A stretch of DNA of 63,978 bases, filler included, from Choristocarpus tenellus KU-1152 (lineage: Eukaryota > Protista > Phaeophyceae): NCBI GenBank assembly GCA_964200185.2. It is 13 parts of 13 records of this genome, joined end to end, with 100 filler letters (N's around TTAATTAATTAA, not from the genome) between each part and the next. Parts side by side here need not be neighbours in the genome. Positions count along the whole stretch, not along the records: positions 1 to 4,502 come from CAXNAD020014261.1; positions 4,603 to 8,061 come from CAXNAD020019900.1; positions 8,162 to 12,515 come from CAXNAD020014959.1; 10 more parts are not named here. One strand, 5' to 3'. Each line of letters opens with the position of its first letter. The stretch's first letter is position 1. Made by a program: the position numbers and the translations under genes. The notes under the pieces were generated by a model. That model was given only the letters and a program-made list of their open reading frames with translations, was not told the DNA's origin and made no database searches. This document shows, in pieces, positions 1-12,262 of this stretch.

Positions 1-510
1 TCTGTTTTTGTGGTTTTCCTCCACCTCTTTATAAGACTCTTCACAAGACAAAAACCCCCCCCCCCCCCCCCCCCCCCCCCTAATCTTTATTTCATTCTGC
101 GTCTGTGGGCATGCCTGCATGTATGCGTCTCTATGCCCTACACACTCCCCCCTCCGTTATATACATACATGTATATATATATATACTACAGGCGAAGGAA
201 GGAAGTGCACCTTATCCAATGTTTTGTTTTGTGCACTGAACCTTGCTGGGAACTAAAAGCTTTCATCGCCAAGTGCTCCTTTCCAGGTAGAAACATCTTA
301 CTTCGATGTAGAATAGGAAGAACCGGTACGATGGGCGTACTGGGGTGTTGTACAAGATGTAGAAGCTTTTTTTGTCCAAGATCCTACACTTTGCTGTCTC
401 TTGCTCCAATGCTCTCTCTATTCATAGTTTTTTGCATGCTTGAGTTCTCATGTACCAACCCCTATTGGGCACATGGTCCTTCTACGTGGCACTGGGGTGG
501 GTTTCAACAG

Positions 511-705
511 GCAGGTGGGGACCGACAGGAGTTGCATGAGAAGATCCGTGTCCACTCCATGGCAGCAGGCATGGCCGTGAAGGGGGAGGGGAAGCCCAAC
601 GATCTCATGGAGAGGGTGGCCAACGACCCTGCCTTTGAGGCTGTGCATTCAAGGCTCGATAGCCTGGTGGACCCCTCCCTGTTCATTGGGCGGTGTCCAG
701 AACAG
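511..705 (+). CDS. ADSL: Adenylosuccinate lyase, penultimate coding exon
   Basis: caacag acceptor, GT donor at 706, phase 0/0. AGGDRQELHEKIRVHS...NDLMERVANDPAF...LDSLVDPSLFIGRCPEQ matches the eukaryotic ADSL C-terminal domain (GGxRQxxHEKIRV...DPxxFxGR.xQ). Only this part of ORF 10..723 is coding. Confidence 0.92.
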
Positions 706-2049
706 GTTGGTTTTGTAGTTTAAACAACGCCTGTTATCAGGTTGACGTAATCTCTTGCGGAAAAGAGCCGGTCAAATTCTTGAGGTGGTGAGATTTTAGA
801 GATTGTTGGTTGTGTGTTTTGTGCTGAAGGTATATATACTCTCTCTCTCTCTCTCGCTCTCTCTCGCTCTGTGGTGAGCGTACAGGGAAAGGAAAGTATT
901 GCAGCAACAGTGGTGATGATTAGGATTGGACTAGAATAGAGCACCGTAATTTCAATTTCATTAGAAAAGAGGTTGTGTAGCGATCGTTGATGAGGCGGTG
1001 GGGAAGGGGTCGATAGATGGTGGGGGTGCGGAGGTCTTCTTGGAAAGGGAAGGCTGAGAGAAGTGAGAAGTGAGAGGCAGTTGGGGATGTAGGTGACTTG
1101 TCTTTTGAGGGCTTTAAATGTTTTGTTCGGTTTTGTCTTCAGGATGGTGTAAATCTGTGTAAAGTGTCTTCTGGCTGTGGTTAAGTGTGTAGTGTGATAC
1201 CAGAAGGCCATCACCTAGTTTAAGGCTGCAGCATTGGCTAAAATCGGTTGATTTCCGCGCAAGCCATTTCCAAAAACCTTCCGTGTTTTCTGTTGGTTTT
1301 AGTTTTGATGTTTTGAAGTAGTGTTTGTGAGTGTGCAGTTGTGTACTTCAAGTGAAGTAGTGCGTATTTCTTGGTTGTTTTGTGACTTCACTGCCTGTGA
1401 AAGGAGTTCCCTACTATTGGAAGGGTTTTAGTGCATGTGTCGACTACTGTTCGTGGGTTTTAGTGCATTTTGGAAAAGCTCTGGTCTCTCTGGGTGGTTG
1501 TTGTGGTAAGGTCACAGGCATGAGCCAAATGTTTTGCGAGTTTGTGTTTATACTCGGGAGTAGTGTCTTCATTCATATTTATGAGAATTTTCCAAAGTAT
1601 TCCTATCTTTGATTTGCGGGTTAAATTATTTTAAAATTTAAACAGCAGCAGTATGTATGCACAGCCTAGTGTATGTCCATCATTCAAGTATATGGGAGAG
1701 GCGATTGTTTGAAGCAGGCATTGCCTTCCACTTTTGATGAATGTCTATAGGTTTGATTGAGTTTTGGGGGAAGGGGCACATCATACAAAGAAATCAACGA
1801 AAACCACACCCAAGGAACATTCTACCTGTGTGAACCTGAGACAAATAAGGTGTATTTATCCTCCACCCCCTTGAATTTGAGCACTTTTCTTTTCTGCCTA
1901 ATGAAACGAATTACCTCTTTCTTTTGGGTCCTTTTCATCTGATGCAGTACCGCAGATCTAGTGCCCCAAACTTTGCATTAACTTCGTCTCATACACCCTC
2001 CTCTTCCTCTTTTACCACCATCTATCTACCTGCTCCGCCGTCCCTATAG

Positions 2050-2142
2050 GTTGATGAGTTTCTGGAGGAATGTGTTGCCCCTGTCTTGGAAAAGCACCAC
2101 TTGCTGTTGCAGGAGGAGAACATTGATGACGTCAATGTATAG
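2050..2142 (+). CDS. ADSL: Adenylosuccinate lyase, terminal exon (VDEFLEECVAPVLEKHHLLLQEENIDDVNV*)
   Basis: Pyrimidine tract and tatag acceptor; phase 0, matching the previous exon; continues the ADSL motif QVxxFLEExVxPxL. Not in the ORF track. Confidence 0.88.
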   Translation, partial: VDEFLEECVAPVLEKHHLLLQEENIDDVNV

Positions 2143-2757
2143 CACGCCTTGCTGTAAAAATTGTCGTCGCACTTCATGCTCATTGTCTTTGCGATTTTGA
2201 TATATGGCACCCAGCACCATATTGCCATGCAGTAGGACCGTTCACCTGGTTGTGTTTCGGAGCCCCTCTTCAACCTAAGCAACACCCGTTCTTGCTGTGA
2301 CTGCCAGTGCAAGTGTGTTATTGAGGATACTGAGTACAAGAAGAGAGTACCTTCTTAGTTCCATAGTCAGCAGCTGCTATAATGATTCAAATGAAAAAGG
2401 GCGATATGAGTACTTTCTGAGTCTGGTGTATTGTTACTTTCCAAGAGGATGACCATCACGTGAGAGTATATTCCAGTTTGTTGTTCTTTCTGCAGCTCTT
2501 ATTATAATCAAGTGATGCAAAATATACTATAATAAAAAGATCATGGGGAAGGTGGAGGATGGTGTTCACAAGTAATTCATACTCTTATTTCGATACAAAA
2601 TCTATGCATTTCCATTTTTTTATTTCTCTTTTATTTCTCTTACATTTTTCCTATGCCATCAGTCTCAGTCCTGACTATTAAAACATAGGCTACTCATTTG
2701 TTTTTTCTTGATACGATACAGTGCCACCAGTCCGTACTGACTGTTATTTTTATTGGT

Positions 2758-3080
2758 TGCCATTGCACTCTCATAACACACCAAGCTCACTCAGCATTGT
2801 GCATAATGCACACCTGGATGCCATATATTAAGAGTTAGAACATTCACAGAAACCCTTGTCCGCCAAGGTAACGAGCCTCTTCTTAGAGCATGAATTTCTT
2901 CCCTTGAGTGTACCAAGAACATCGAATACACATCATCCATCTTCTGACCGAGCAAGTCATGGTTTCTGTTTCAGCGGAATAAACTCATCAGTGCTTTGCG
3001 GCATAATGACACCTCTTCACATTACACACTACCCATTGCACACGAAAGCACGCGATTCAGATTTCAATATTGACCCCGTT
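2758..3080 (-). repeat. LTR-like dispersed repeat; second copy at ~48686-49115 (+)
   Basis: Reverse complement aligns with 48.7-49.1 kb (aagcactgatgag; gaggctYgttaccttggc...caagggtttc; ends caatgRca). Confidence 0.55.
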
Positions 3081-3821
3081 GATTCGATATTACTTCAAAG
3101 GCTTTCGTGTCCATGATGTAGACAGTGTGGGTGATTTACTCCTCTTTGAGTGTGGTGAGATTCATAATCATGTAGTGTTTAAGGTTGTGAGCTTAAGAAT
3201 CTAAAGGGTGAATTTTGACAATATTGATCATAATCAGACTTGTAAAACCTTGTGCCTGACACAATACCACACTCCCATGGCCAAATGCGGTATACCACCC
3301 CCATTACAGGAGTCTGCGGATGTAGTAGGGTGTGTCCCAGATCAAGGGACTTGTTCTTTCCTGAGTAAACTCTCCCACATACATCATCTTCAGAAGTCAG
3401 TCGCAGCAGTCACTTTCGATTAATGGCACCCCTCTCTAGGGTATTTTGGCCCTAATGGTGGTGAACAACGCTACTATTGGATTTGTTACTACTGTTGTTG
3501 TAGTGTACAATGCTCTATAGTTGAAAAAGTGTGCACATGCAGGAAAGAAAGTATATAATGGTCGTACTAGTCCAGATCCCCTGGGCTACACATAAGGAAG
3601 GGCTTCACTATGTTTTGCTTCATGCCCTTCCAATATGGTTGTGCTTTCCTTTATGGTGTACTCTTTAGGACAAGAAATAACGTGAACTACGCCCAAAGAG
3701 ATTGGTTTTGCCCTTACTACTTAACTATGCCACGTATGTCGTGATTTGTTCATTCTCGCAAGATGTAATATGTATTTATTATCCTCTTATTCTTAGTTTC
3801 CAGCAAGTCAGACCAACAAAT

Positions 3822-4013
3822 GACCCAAAGTATTTCGGGGGAGGGGGGGGGGGAGGTCTACACCAGGGTATCCATTTGGGTCAAAATCAGGAAAAGTGCA
3901 CTTACATTATTATCCATCCGACGTATGCAATCAAATAACCCAAAAATCGCGACATGAAACAATTCACCCCAAATAATAGACAGCTGCCACCTCCCCCCCA
4001 GATACTTTGAGCC
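3822..4013. mobile_element. MITE family B (poly-G subterminal type), full copy
   Basis: TIRs gacccaaagtat / atactttgagcc with adjacent G/C runs. Other copies or fragments: 14047-14224, 21015-21100, 31654-31733, 36264-36448, 37681-37840, 44177-44200, 49232-49270, 56324-56520, 63942-63978. Confidence 0.85.
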
Positions 4014-4502
4014 ATACAGTGATAACAACCTCGTTTAAACCAAGACCAATTATGCTTGCACACGGTTTCAACTTGTGCTGCACTGTGGGGCATATCATAT
4101 ATATGTTGTGAATTTAACAATGATGGTACATGATACTATTTTGTGCGTAACATATACTTCGAAGTACATACATCCGCAACACAAGAGATGCATACAAAAG
4201 AACAATGATATTCCACTTTCATGTGTGTCCTAGATAGATATGTCTGGAATAGTCGGAATTAAAAGCCGTTTGAAATCGGAAACACATTGCTTACACTTGA
4301 CTTTGCGGTTAAGTAGCAGCACCTTGTCTGACCAATAAACCCCTCCTGTCCCTTGGCGACCAGGATATGTGACACTAATACCTACAGAAAAAACATTGAA
4401 AGAAATTGGACCCAAAGTATCTGGGAGGGGGGGGGGGGGGGGGGACGCGTCTCTAATCCGGCCCCTCCATTTTTTGTGTTTTTTTTTTTGTTTTGTTTTT
4501 CT

Positions 4503-4602
4503 NNNNNNNNNNNNNNNNNNNNNNNNNNNNNNNNNNNNNNNNNNNNTTAATTAATTAANNNNNNNNNNNNNNNNNNNNNNNNNNNNNNNNNNNNNNNNNN
4601 NN
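4503..4602. other. Artificial contig linker (N run, TTAATTAATTAA, N run)
   Basis: Same 100-bp spacer with six-frame stops also at 8062, 12516, 17307, 20915, 24230, 28168, 31554, 34349, 44201, 49271 and 61080. Confidence 0.97.
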
Positions 4603-4959
4603 CACATTCTTATCCTGTGCCCCCAACCAACCAGAATTCTTCCGCCCAAAATAAGGGCACCTACTGTATTCGGAAAGAAAAAAAGGAACAATTATGAAAT
4701 TTTCAATTATTTCGGGCTCAATGACTACCTTCCTAAAAAATGGTAAGAACTTTCTGTTGGTGAAATATTTTTCTTCTTGACATTTAGGTTGATAAATATA
4801 TATTCCACCTTCTAACAACAATGGTGGTAGTTAGGGTTAGGGTAACCCTAAGTAGTAGTGAGTGACCCAATCCCCTTCACTATCAACTTCAAACCCCAGT
4901 TCAGTTCGACTCTCTTTCCTCCATTGTCCGTTTCAACGACCCAATATTTGGCTCGTGGA

Positions 4960-5640
4960 TATGGCGGACGCAATTATCTTTGCGATTAACATGACTCGCG
5001 ACCTCCTAGCAAGCAGAATCCCCGCCCTTGCTCGTCAGCAGCAAACTGGAGCAAGTCAGGAAGTCGATTCAGACTCGGCACCCGCTTTGTCATATGCCAC
5101 CAAAAGTAAGAAAGAACAAGCTGCAAAGATGGAGGCAGAGGGATCGGAGCAAATGTCTGCGGCACAAGAAAGGAGTCTAGTAACTGGTGAAGGCGATGGG
5201 TGATTTGCCTTCCAATGCGAGATTGTCATTGCTGACGTGAACACAATGCTCAAGATGAGCAATGAACACGCAACTGATTCAATATGCTAAACGTATTATC
5301 TGTTGTACAGTTTTTGGTGTACATGCAAGGATTTCCTTTTTTCCCTCCACATAGATATTAACAGCTTCTCTTGTGGTTCCCCGCTATGACCATTGGACCA
5401 TCTGATCGGACAGAAGTGGGAATCGTGCGGAAAACAAACGTTTGTGTCTATGAACCGACCATTGGCGTGGATGGTTAGAGTGCAAACGTTTAATAGTATG
5501 TGGTAATAGCAATTCGTAACCTCACTTGTCCTCCGCGAGAGTTCTGCATTTCCAGGAAAAATATTTTCTTCTACTGAGACTCTTGAGAAGATTTTGCTAA
5601 TGGCCTCCCTTGTCTCACCACATTTTTTCCCGCCTGCATG
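4960..5640 (+). pseudogene. Possible decayed hAT transposase C-terminal dimerisation domain
   Basis: Frame from 5450 reads PLAWMVRVQTFNSMW**QFVTSLVLRESSAFPGKIFSST, with the spacing of the hAT motif PLxWW...LAIPASSAxSERxFS; contains stops. Confidence 0.35.
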
Positions 5641-6342
5641 AGTACTTGACCAAATACCAGCAGACAAGGATAACATTTTAACACTTACGTAACAATGAAC
5701 CAATGACCAACGCCATCATCCTTTGTCCACGAAAAGTTTGCGTAGCGGGTGAGACTGGTTTACTAGCCTCAAAGATTAAACAAGAGAAGCGCTTCAATGT
5801 TTCATGATCCTAGATTGGCTGTATGCAACAATGGATTGTGAACAATGAGTCCTAATTTTATATTCTCATGTAGACAGCGTATGCCATGCATATATACCCA
5901 TAGATTTTGACTAAATGCTGTCTGAAAAATCACCACCCTTGTGGACCACACCGGCGTGCTTGGCTAGCCCACTTATGCCATTTAAAAATGTTACACTGTA
6001 GTCTAGGTAAAGGGATGACAACAGGTGTAATCTGCAAATATGAACTCCATCCAGATTGCTAACCACGAAAGACACAATAACATAATGAAGAAGAGCATTT
6101 TAAACATCTCAACGAAAGCATCCACATATTGTTTCCTCTCCAAAGCTCGGCAGAACCATTTCTTCAGGCATGCAAATTTGGAAGGTGTAGTACGTAGGTT
6201 GCACACAAGAGAGTCCCAATGGTCCAGGAGGCTGATCGCCACCTCCAATCCATCCTAGACTCAAAGGGGACCTGAAAAATTTGCGGAGAGAGCCTGCTCG
6301 TATTGTAGTAAGGCGTAGTTTCATTTCCACTGCATCTGCCAT

Positions 6343-6451
6343 CTATTCGATGGGGGTTGCCTCCTTGTAGGCCAGCACAGCAAGGAATGGGTCTCCAGGC
6401 CCCGCAAGGCCTAGCAGCCTTGCAAAATCAGCAAACATACCAGCAGAATCT
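6343..6451 (-). CDS. Candidate terminal exon of an unknown minus-strand gene (DSAGMFADFARLLGLAGPGDPFLAVLAYKEATPIE*)
   Basis: ttttccag acceptor and a protein-like frame. A phase match to the 9638-9781 exon needs the AG 2 nt downstream. Confidence 0.3.
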
Positions 6452-7425
6452 CTGGAAAACGGATGCGGGTGTGTCCCATTGGGTGCAATAGGGACATGCA
6501 GTGCAACAAGGGTAGGGAAGAGAATAATGACGTCATTTGTTGGATGACTATGTTGGTGAAAGGGGTGGGGTGTATGATATGGGTCGATTATGATAGAATA
6601 GTAAGAGTTGAGAGTGTTCACAAAAAAAGCAACATTGTGCTTCAAAGATAGACCTACAACAGTAAGCATTGAGTACTGCATAAAATATTCAAGATGTTTC
6701 TAGTGAAGACTTTCTATTGGATTGTGCCAATATCGTGCGGTGGGGGAGGAGGTTGCAGAGTAAACCAATCCTATTGGCTCAATGTGCCAAACACTACCAA
6801 GTGCAGGTATACTATTGATGTATTGGTGGTGTCAATGCAGCTCTTCAAACCATTCTTCCATCCCTTAAACCTTGACCTTGACATGACTCCACACCATCAA
6901 TACCACTATGTCAAGAACTATGGTTGCAAGTATTGCCGTAATATAAATACTTTAAATTATATTTCATTGTTTTTTGCAAAATCACCTTTAGACAGATAAT
7001 ATTGGCATAAAAAACAAACTACCAGCTAACCTAGAAACAAACTCCCTGTGGGTAGACGCATTAAGTGCTGCCAGGCACCCCCCTCTCTCCCCCCCTACAC
7101 CGGAACGCCTGGCCTGGAACGGAATTGCATTTTCCACTCATCTTACAAATGTGCAATGCAGACACAAGGCTAGACAGTCAGCAGGCCACAATGGTCATCT
7201 AGTCACGATCTATCATGTGTAAGCGAACATGAGCACTGAAAGGTAAACCGTGCTCCACTTCACCAAGTCAAAATAATTGATGCAACTGCTGTTGGGAGGG
7301 GCGACAGATCAAATAGCTCTCCTCTACTTTGTGATGGAACTACGGGAGGAGGAGATATGCAGAGGGCAACTGTACCCTCCTATTATAGTTCAATCTCATC
7401 TGTCAAGATTATGCTGAACTATTTA

Positions 7426-7722
7426 TGAGAATATGATTTGAAGTATTATTTTATGTATGCACAGAAGATAATGCGGGACATTCAGGATATTTAGGGTTAG
7501 GGCATTTGACCAGAAGTAATCGGCAGACTATTATAGTCGGGAGTGTTTCTGACGGGTAATAGAGAAGCGTTGAATCATTTGGTATTCTGAGTCATTCAAT
7601 GTTAGGATTGGTGAGCCCCACCTAGTACAGGTATCTCACTCTCTTCTCAACTGTGGCACAAGCTAATAAACAATAATATAACTAGTTGTGTGGGACAACA
7701 GATCGTCAAGGACAGCTTAACA
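7426..7722 (+). mobile_element. Solo-LTR-like repeat (TG...CA); second copy 47966-48244
   Basis: Two ~280-300 bp copies from tgagaat to cagcttaaca, with an internal AATAAA; no clean TSD. Confidence 0.6.
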
Positions 7723-9130
7723 TCATCAACTAATTATTACTGAAGAACTACTCAGTGCTTCAAGGTAGGTGCGGCATGGTGTCAATAAACTCAATGCCTT
7801 GACACTCTTTTCCTGAAAGATAGCGATACTATTTCTTATCCTCTGCTTGTATTAACCCATGAAAAGCAGATATGTACACATGCAATCAGAATTCAACGTC
7901 TCCCGAAAAGACTTCAGACTGCAGTACTCCCTCCTATCTCTCCCTCCCCTCAAACAGGAATGTCAATATATCCATCTTAGAGTTAAAAGATGGGTGCACC
8001 TCCGCCCGCCCCCCCCCCAGCCGTCCCCGCTCTTGGCGTTACATTTGTTAACTATCCGACTNNNNNNNNNNNNNNNNNNNNNNNNNNNNNNNNNNNNNNN
8101 NNNNNTTAATTAATTAANNNNNNNNNNNNNNNNNNNNNNNNNNNNNNNNNNNNNNNNNNNNATAAGACAAATAACGGTGTTTGTGTGTGTTTAGAGGGGG
8201 GGGGGTCACCACCGGTTTCCACACCAAGATTAGGCCCTGTTGAACATGTCAAAGCCAGCAATCTGCCAAGCACAACCCCAGAGCGGTTCAAATCATAGAG
8301 GACTTCCATACGGAAGTTGAAACAGTCTGATAGGCGAACACGATTTGCTACGATGTATTGGTGCCTATGCCTACAATGCAACTCCATCCCTTCATACTCT
8401 CGGGAACTTAGAAAAAAAAAGAGTGGACACGCCATCACTATCCTGATTACGCCTCTAAAAATATGCTCTTGGTAGTCTTCAGCGAGTGCGACAAATTGTC
8501 GCACTCGCTAAAATTATATAGTGTTTTAAGTACTTCGAAAATTAATTCCGAAATTAATGGATAATGGTGTTAAATCGCGGAAAGGATCGGCCCTTGCCGT
8601 TTTGCACGCATTTTCTAGAGGAGCGAATATTGGCCCCCACCACCCTGATCTCTATGCATGTAGACAACTGGGTAGTCATTGCTGCACCCTGAATCCTAAG
8701 AGGGCAAATCCGTGTCCTCTCTTCACCTTCCGTCATCACATCCACACTCGCCATTTAGATCCAGTGTCACACAATTTGCAGGTGAGTATTCCTCGGGAAT
8801 AATTTGGCTTGGTTTGTACTTGGATCCCTTCACAACCAATGTCCCTCTCCTTACCAGTCTGAGTCGGTCTCCTTCTCCGCTAACAGTCATTGTTCCCAGT
8901 GCAATGAGACCCTTCTTGAGGAGCCAGAAAGTGGATTTGTACTCAATCCTGGTGACAAAAAACACTTCTGCGACCTGTTATGCCCTGACACTCAGAATAG
9001 ACGCACAGAGATAAGGATTTCTACTCGTCGCACCTTCTGAAGGTTGGAAATAGTTCGTGATAGGAGGAGTGGCATCCACACCTTATCCAACGTAACCAAA
9101 AAGACCGAGGTGAGAGTGTGGTCTGCAATC

Positions 9131-9385
9131 GATCCAAAGTATCTTAGAGGGTAGAGTCGTGTCCATTTGGGGGTCAAAATCCAATGTTGCGATTTTGATG
9201 TATTTTTGGCTGTGTTTGTTGGGAGGCGTCATTACCCTTGTTCCAGCCACACCTTTTCATAATGTATACATTTTACTTACTCCGAAGCATTTCGGAGTAG
9301 GAAAATGTCATTAAAAAAACGTGGGATGCCAAGCCCCAAATGGACAAACAGGGCAGAACTCGGACCCTTTAAGATACTTTCGCTC
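9131..9385. mobile_element. MITE family A (~255 bp)
   Basis: TIR consensus GRGTSAAAGTATCTTAGAGGGTA, subterminal GTCCATTTGGGG on both arms, central palindrome TACTCCGAAA..TTTCGGAGTA. Other copies: 12616-12722, 16158-16413, 24369-24600, 45182-45263, 45433-45690, 50453-50973, 50554-50811, 51998-52255, 56602-56864. Confidence 0.9.
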
Positions 9386-9637
9386 AGTTGTTATCTCGCT
9401 GTGTTTGTACAGCTATTCCTCAAACAAACATGGGACGAACATGCTCTTCCTTTATCCCTTGGGTGTCCGTTGCAACAATATCGTCTTGTGTATTTGGTTC
9501 CTAAACATCATGTCACACTCATTCCTTGATGCTTTGTCTATTGTCTAAAAAATTACTCCTTACATTCATTCAGATGAACGACTAGTGACAATCCTGTTGA
9601 GCGATAATCCTCATGAGTACCCCTGTCTCTCACTCAC

Positions 9638-9781
9638 CGCGACTATAGGCAACTGCGCAGACATTCAGTGACCAGGATGGGGTACTGCAGGGTGGAAATG
9701 CTATGGATGGATATAGTTGGCGGGAGCTGCGGCAGGGCGGGGAGAGGAGCGGAAGCTCCACTAGGCAGTAGGCACTGTGCT
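9638..9781 (-). CDS. Candidate internal exon of the unknown minus-strand gene (HSAYCLVELPLLSPPC...VCAVAYSR)
   Basis: Pyrimidine tract with ccgccag acceptor, gtgagt donor; 144 nt open, phase 1/1. Confidence 0.3.
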
Positions 9782-10476
9782 CTGGCGGCAGCAAAAGGAA
9801 AGGAACAACTTAAGGGTGTGTCTTCCTTGGGTAAGCTTGTAGAGCTATGCTGGGGGGGAAAGAGGAGAAGGAGAACATCCGCTAACAAACAGCAACAGTA
9901 CTCGACCTGCCCCAGAAGGAAAGGCATAGGGTGTGTGTGGTCTGTACCTGGGGAAAAAGAAGAAGGTTAAGCTTCGCCATCCAGCAGACACAGTGACCCA
10001 GCAGCAACACGGAGGAAAGGGACAGGGGGTGTCTCTGCTCGAGTAAAAGGGATGAACTATCCTTTGGTAGAAGGGGCAGCCTAATGTGATCCCTGTGCAA
10101 AGTTCGATGATTGGGATAAATGTGTATGATGATGTGTAGCTGTCGGGTGTCTGCTTAACTTTGAACTTTATAGTGCCTATCAGTGAGTTATTGACAAATG
10201 GTGGAGGCATAACAGGCCAGGGCCCTGCCAGACAGCATTTAAGTAGATAACATTCTGGGCGACCATGCCCCAAAACTGTTGATAAGAAAAAGGTTGGACT
10301 ACAAGTAGATTCTCTAGAGCTTCAGAATGGATGGGGAAGGATTCTGGTGATAGTTGAAAAAAGACACAAAATCCACCGTTTCCTGTCTACATGTATACTC
10401 AAAAGTACCAACGACATACCAACTATGTAGTACTGTATACTACCATGCATATTGTACTCCGAAGTACGGAGTATAA

Positions 10477-10678
10477 GGGTCAAATTATCTTGGGGGGGGG
10501 GTGTGGCTTCTGAGGGGGCGTCCGTTTCGGTCAAACAACTATTTTTTTTGCTGACATTTCAAATCCGACACGTGCGACCAAATCACACCGACACGTGCGA
10601 CCAAATCACACCAAAAAATGAAAATCGATAAAAGGGTGAAAATCGGACGCCGACACCCCCCCCCAGATACTTTGACCC
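10477..10678. mobile_element. MITE family C, full copy with 4-bp TSD ATAA
   Basis: gggtcaaattat...atactttgaccc flanked by ataa/ataa, with a short internal tandem duplication. Fragments at 4409-4502, 17250-17475 (split by a gap) and 28080-28167. Confidence 0.85.
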
Positions 10679-11070
10679 ATAAATATTATTAAAATACAGA
10701 GTAGGTCTGTGTTGTATTCCTTACCTTACGTTTCTTTTGGGCTTATCTTGCTAGCGTTGTGAAAATGCTGTGCGTTCAATCCTGACCTGCCCCCCTTCTT
10801 CTTTTCTCTCATCCCTACCCATTATAACAGTGTGCATGGTGATGGGACATGTTTTCCTTCGGAGGGCAGTTGACAAGTGGCACCCTTGGCTTTGACAGCG
10901 CCCTTGCACCGATCCAGCACATGATAATATTGTGAACTGTGTTCGACTTGGTAGTACAGTAGAAAAGCCCACATAGTCTTGCTGGGAAAGGCCTCTTCAT
11001 TATTGAGCAGGCAGATCTAGATGTTGCTTTGCATTGCGGAAGAATAAATTCCGTTACTAGGGGGACTTAC

Positions 11071-11199
11071 CGTAGCAGAGAAGAGGGAGCTCACGAAGGA
11101 AGTCTGGCACGCTTACCAAGATGCATACATCAGTAGCATCAGCAGTATCTTCTACTAGTTCAAGTAACCTCAACGTGTCCAGTTCCCCCACTTGGACCC
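11071..11199 (-). CDS. Candidate internal exon of the unknown minus-strand gene (VQVGELDTLRLLELVEDTADATDVCILVSVPDFLRELPLLCY)
   Basis: AG acceptor, gtaagt donor; 129 nt open, phase 1/1. An alternative gtaagc donor lies inside. Confidence 0.35.
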
Positions 11200-11446
11200 C
11201 TAGATGCCACCTCAATGCCAAAAGCTTCGACCATATACCACTCAATAAGTTTAGTCTGTTGAGATTGTCCAAGAGTGAATAAACCCTTCAATCATCAGTA
11301 TCAGCTTTGCCCTTACGCAGAGTGCAATCGCTGCTACCACATTGGCCACGCTTGCTGTAATTACCCAAATCAAAGTAAGTTGACCAAATTTTTTATCTGG
11401 CTCACAAAAAAGCAACTCACCCATACACTTACACACTACACACTTC

Positions 11447-12262
11447 TGTTACAGCGTGCCCCAGAACTCATCTCCACAGGACATGCAATTCAAATCCAAT
11501 GACCTTAAACGACGCTACGGACTCCACAGATGATGACCACGTACGGTGTCAGTTGATGTTTAGCTCAGTTGATATCTCACTTTTCGTTTTATCAAAAGAG
11601 GGTAAGGATCAAAGAACTGAGTTGTGTGGTCAACAACAAGTCAGCCTTTTATTAACGTCATTCACCGTTTTTCTACAGCCAAAGAGTTAAATGGCGTCTG
11701 CAAACTGCTGTGTAATTACTCCAATCATAAATCTTTATTCTGCAACTTTCAGGAATTGACATCTATTCTGTAAGGTTACGTATGCATTTCGAATCTTACT
11801 CTGCATCTTGTATCAATTCAAAGTTCCTCATATATGAATTCTCACGTATGTATGTATACTTTTCGCACATTTTGGCACGCAGAAAGAAATGCTCGCGCTA
11901 TTCGCCTGTAACATGCCCCCCAGCGTGAACTAGCAATACATGTTTAACGCTTATCACAGGTGATTGTCACCATTGAAGGCAATAGATATCATCAGTCACC
12001 TCAGATCATCCTGTGGCAAGGAGCAAGAAAGAAGAAAACAATACCTGACTCCTACTAGGCCCAAAACATGTATCCTTATCTACTTGGAGAAATCTGTCTG
12101 CATCTAGCCTAATCGGAGTATACATTTACTCTTTCTAAAAAAGTACAGTTACCCTAAGGTGCCAAGTATCATCTGCTTATTGCCTGTTTCATGCCCCCCA
12201 AGCACGAAGCATACTGACGGTTGCTAGTGCGTAAAACAGGCAATAATAACATCAACATCACC
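11447..12262 (-). mobile_element. 3' end of an LTR retrotransposon: 3' region with two PPTs, plus LTR 11447-11913
   Basis: LTR tgttacaggcgaatagc...gctgtaaca is preceded by PPT gctggggggca. Homologous to 28585-29880 and to the solo LTR at 45928-46355. Confidence 0.8.

Noticed and set aside
10-510. N-terminal part of the 237-aa ORF (poly-Pro, YMYIYIY)
   Set aside because: Intron with poly-C and (AT)n tracts; only 511-705 matches ADSL.
8162-9120. Cys-rich fragments (HCSQC, FCDLLC) suggesting a zinc finger or KDZ transposase
   Set aside because: No coherent frame or catalytic motif could be assembled.
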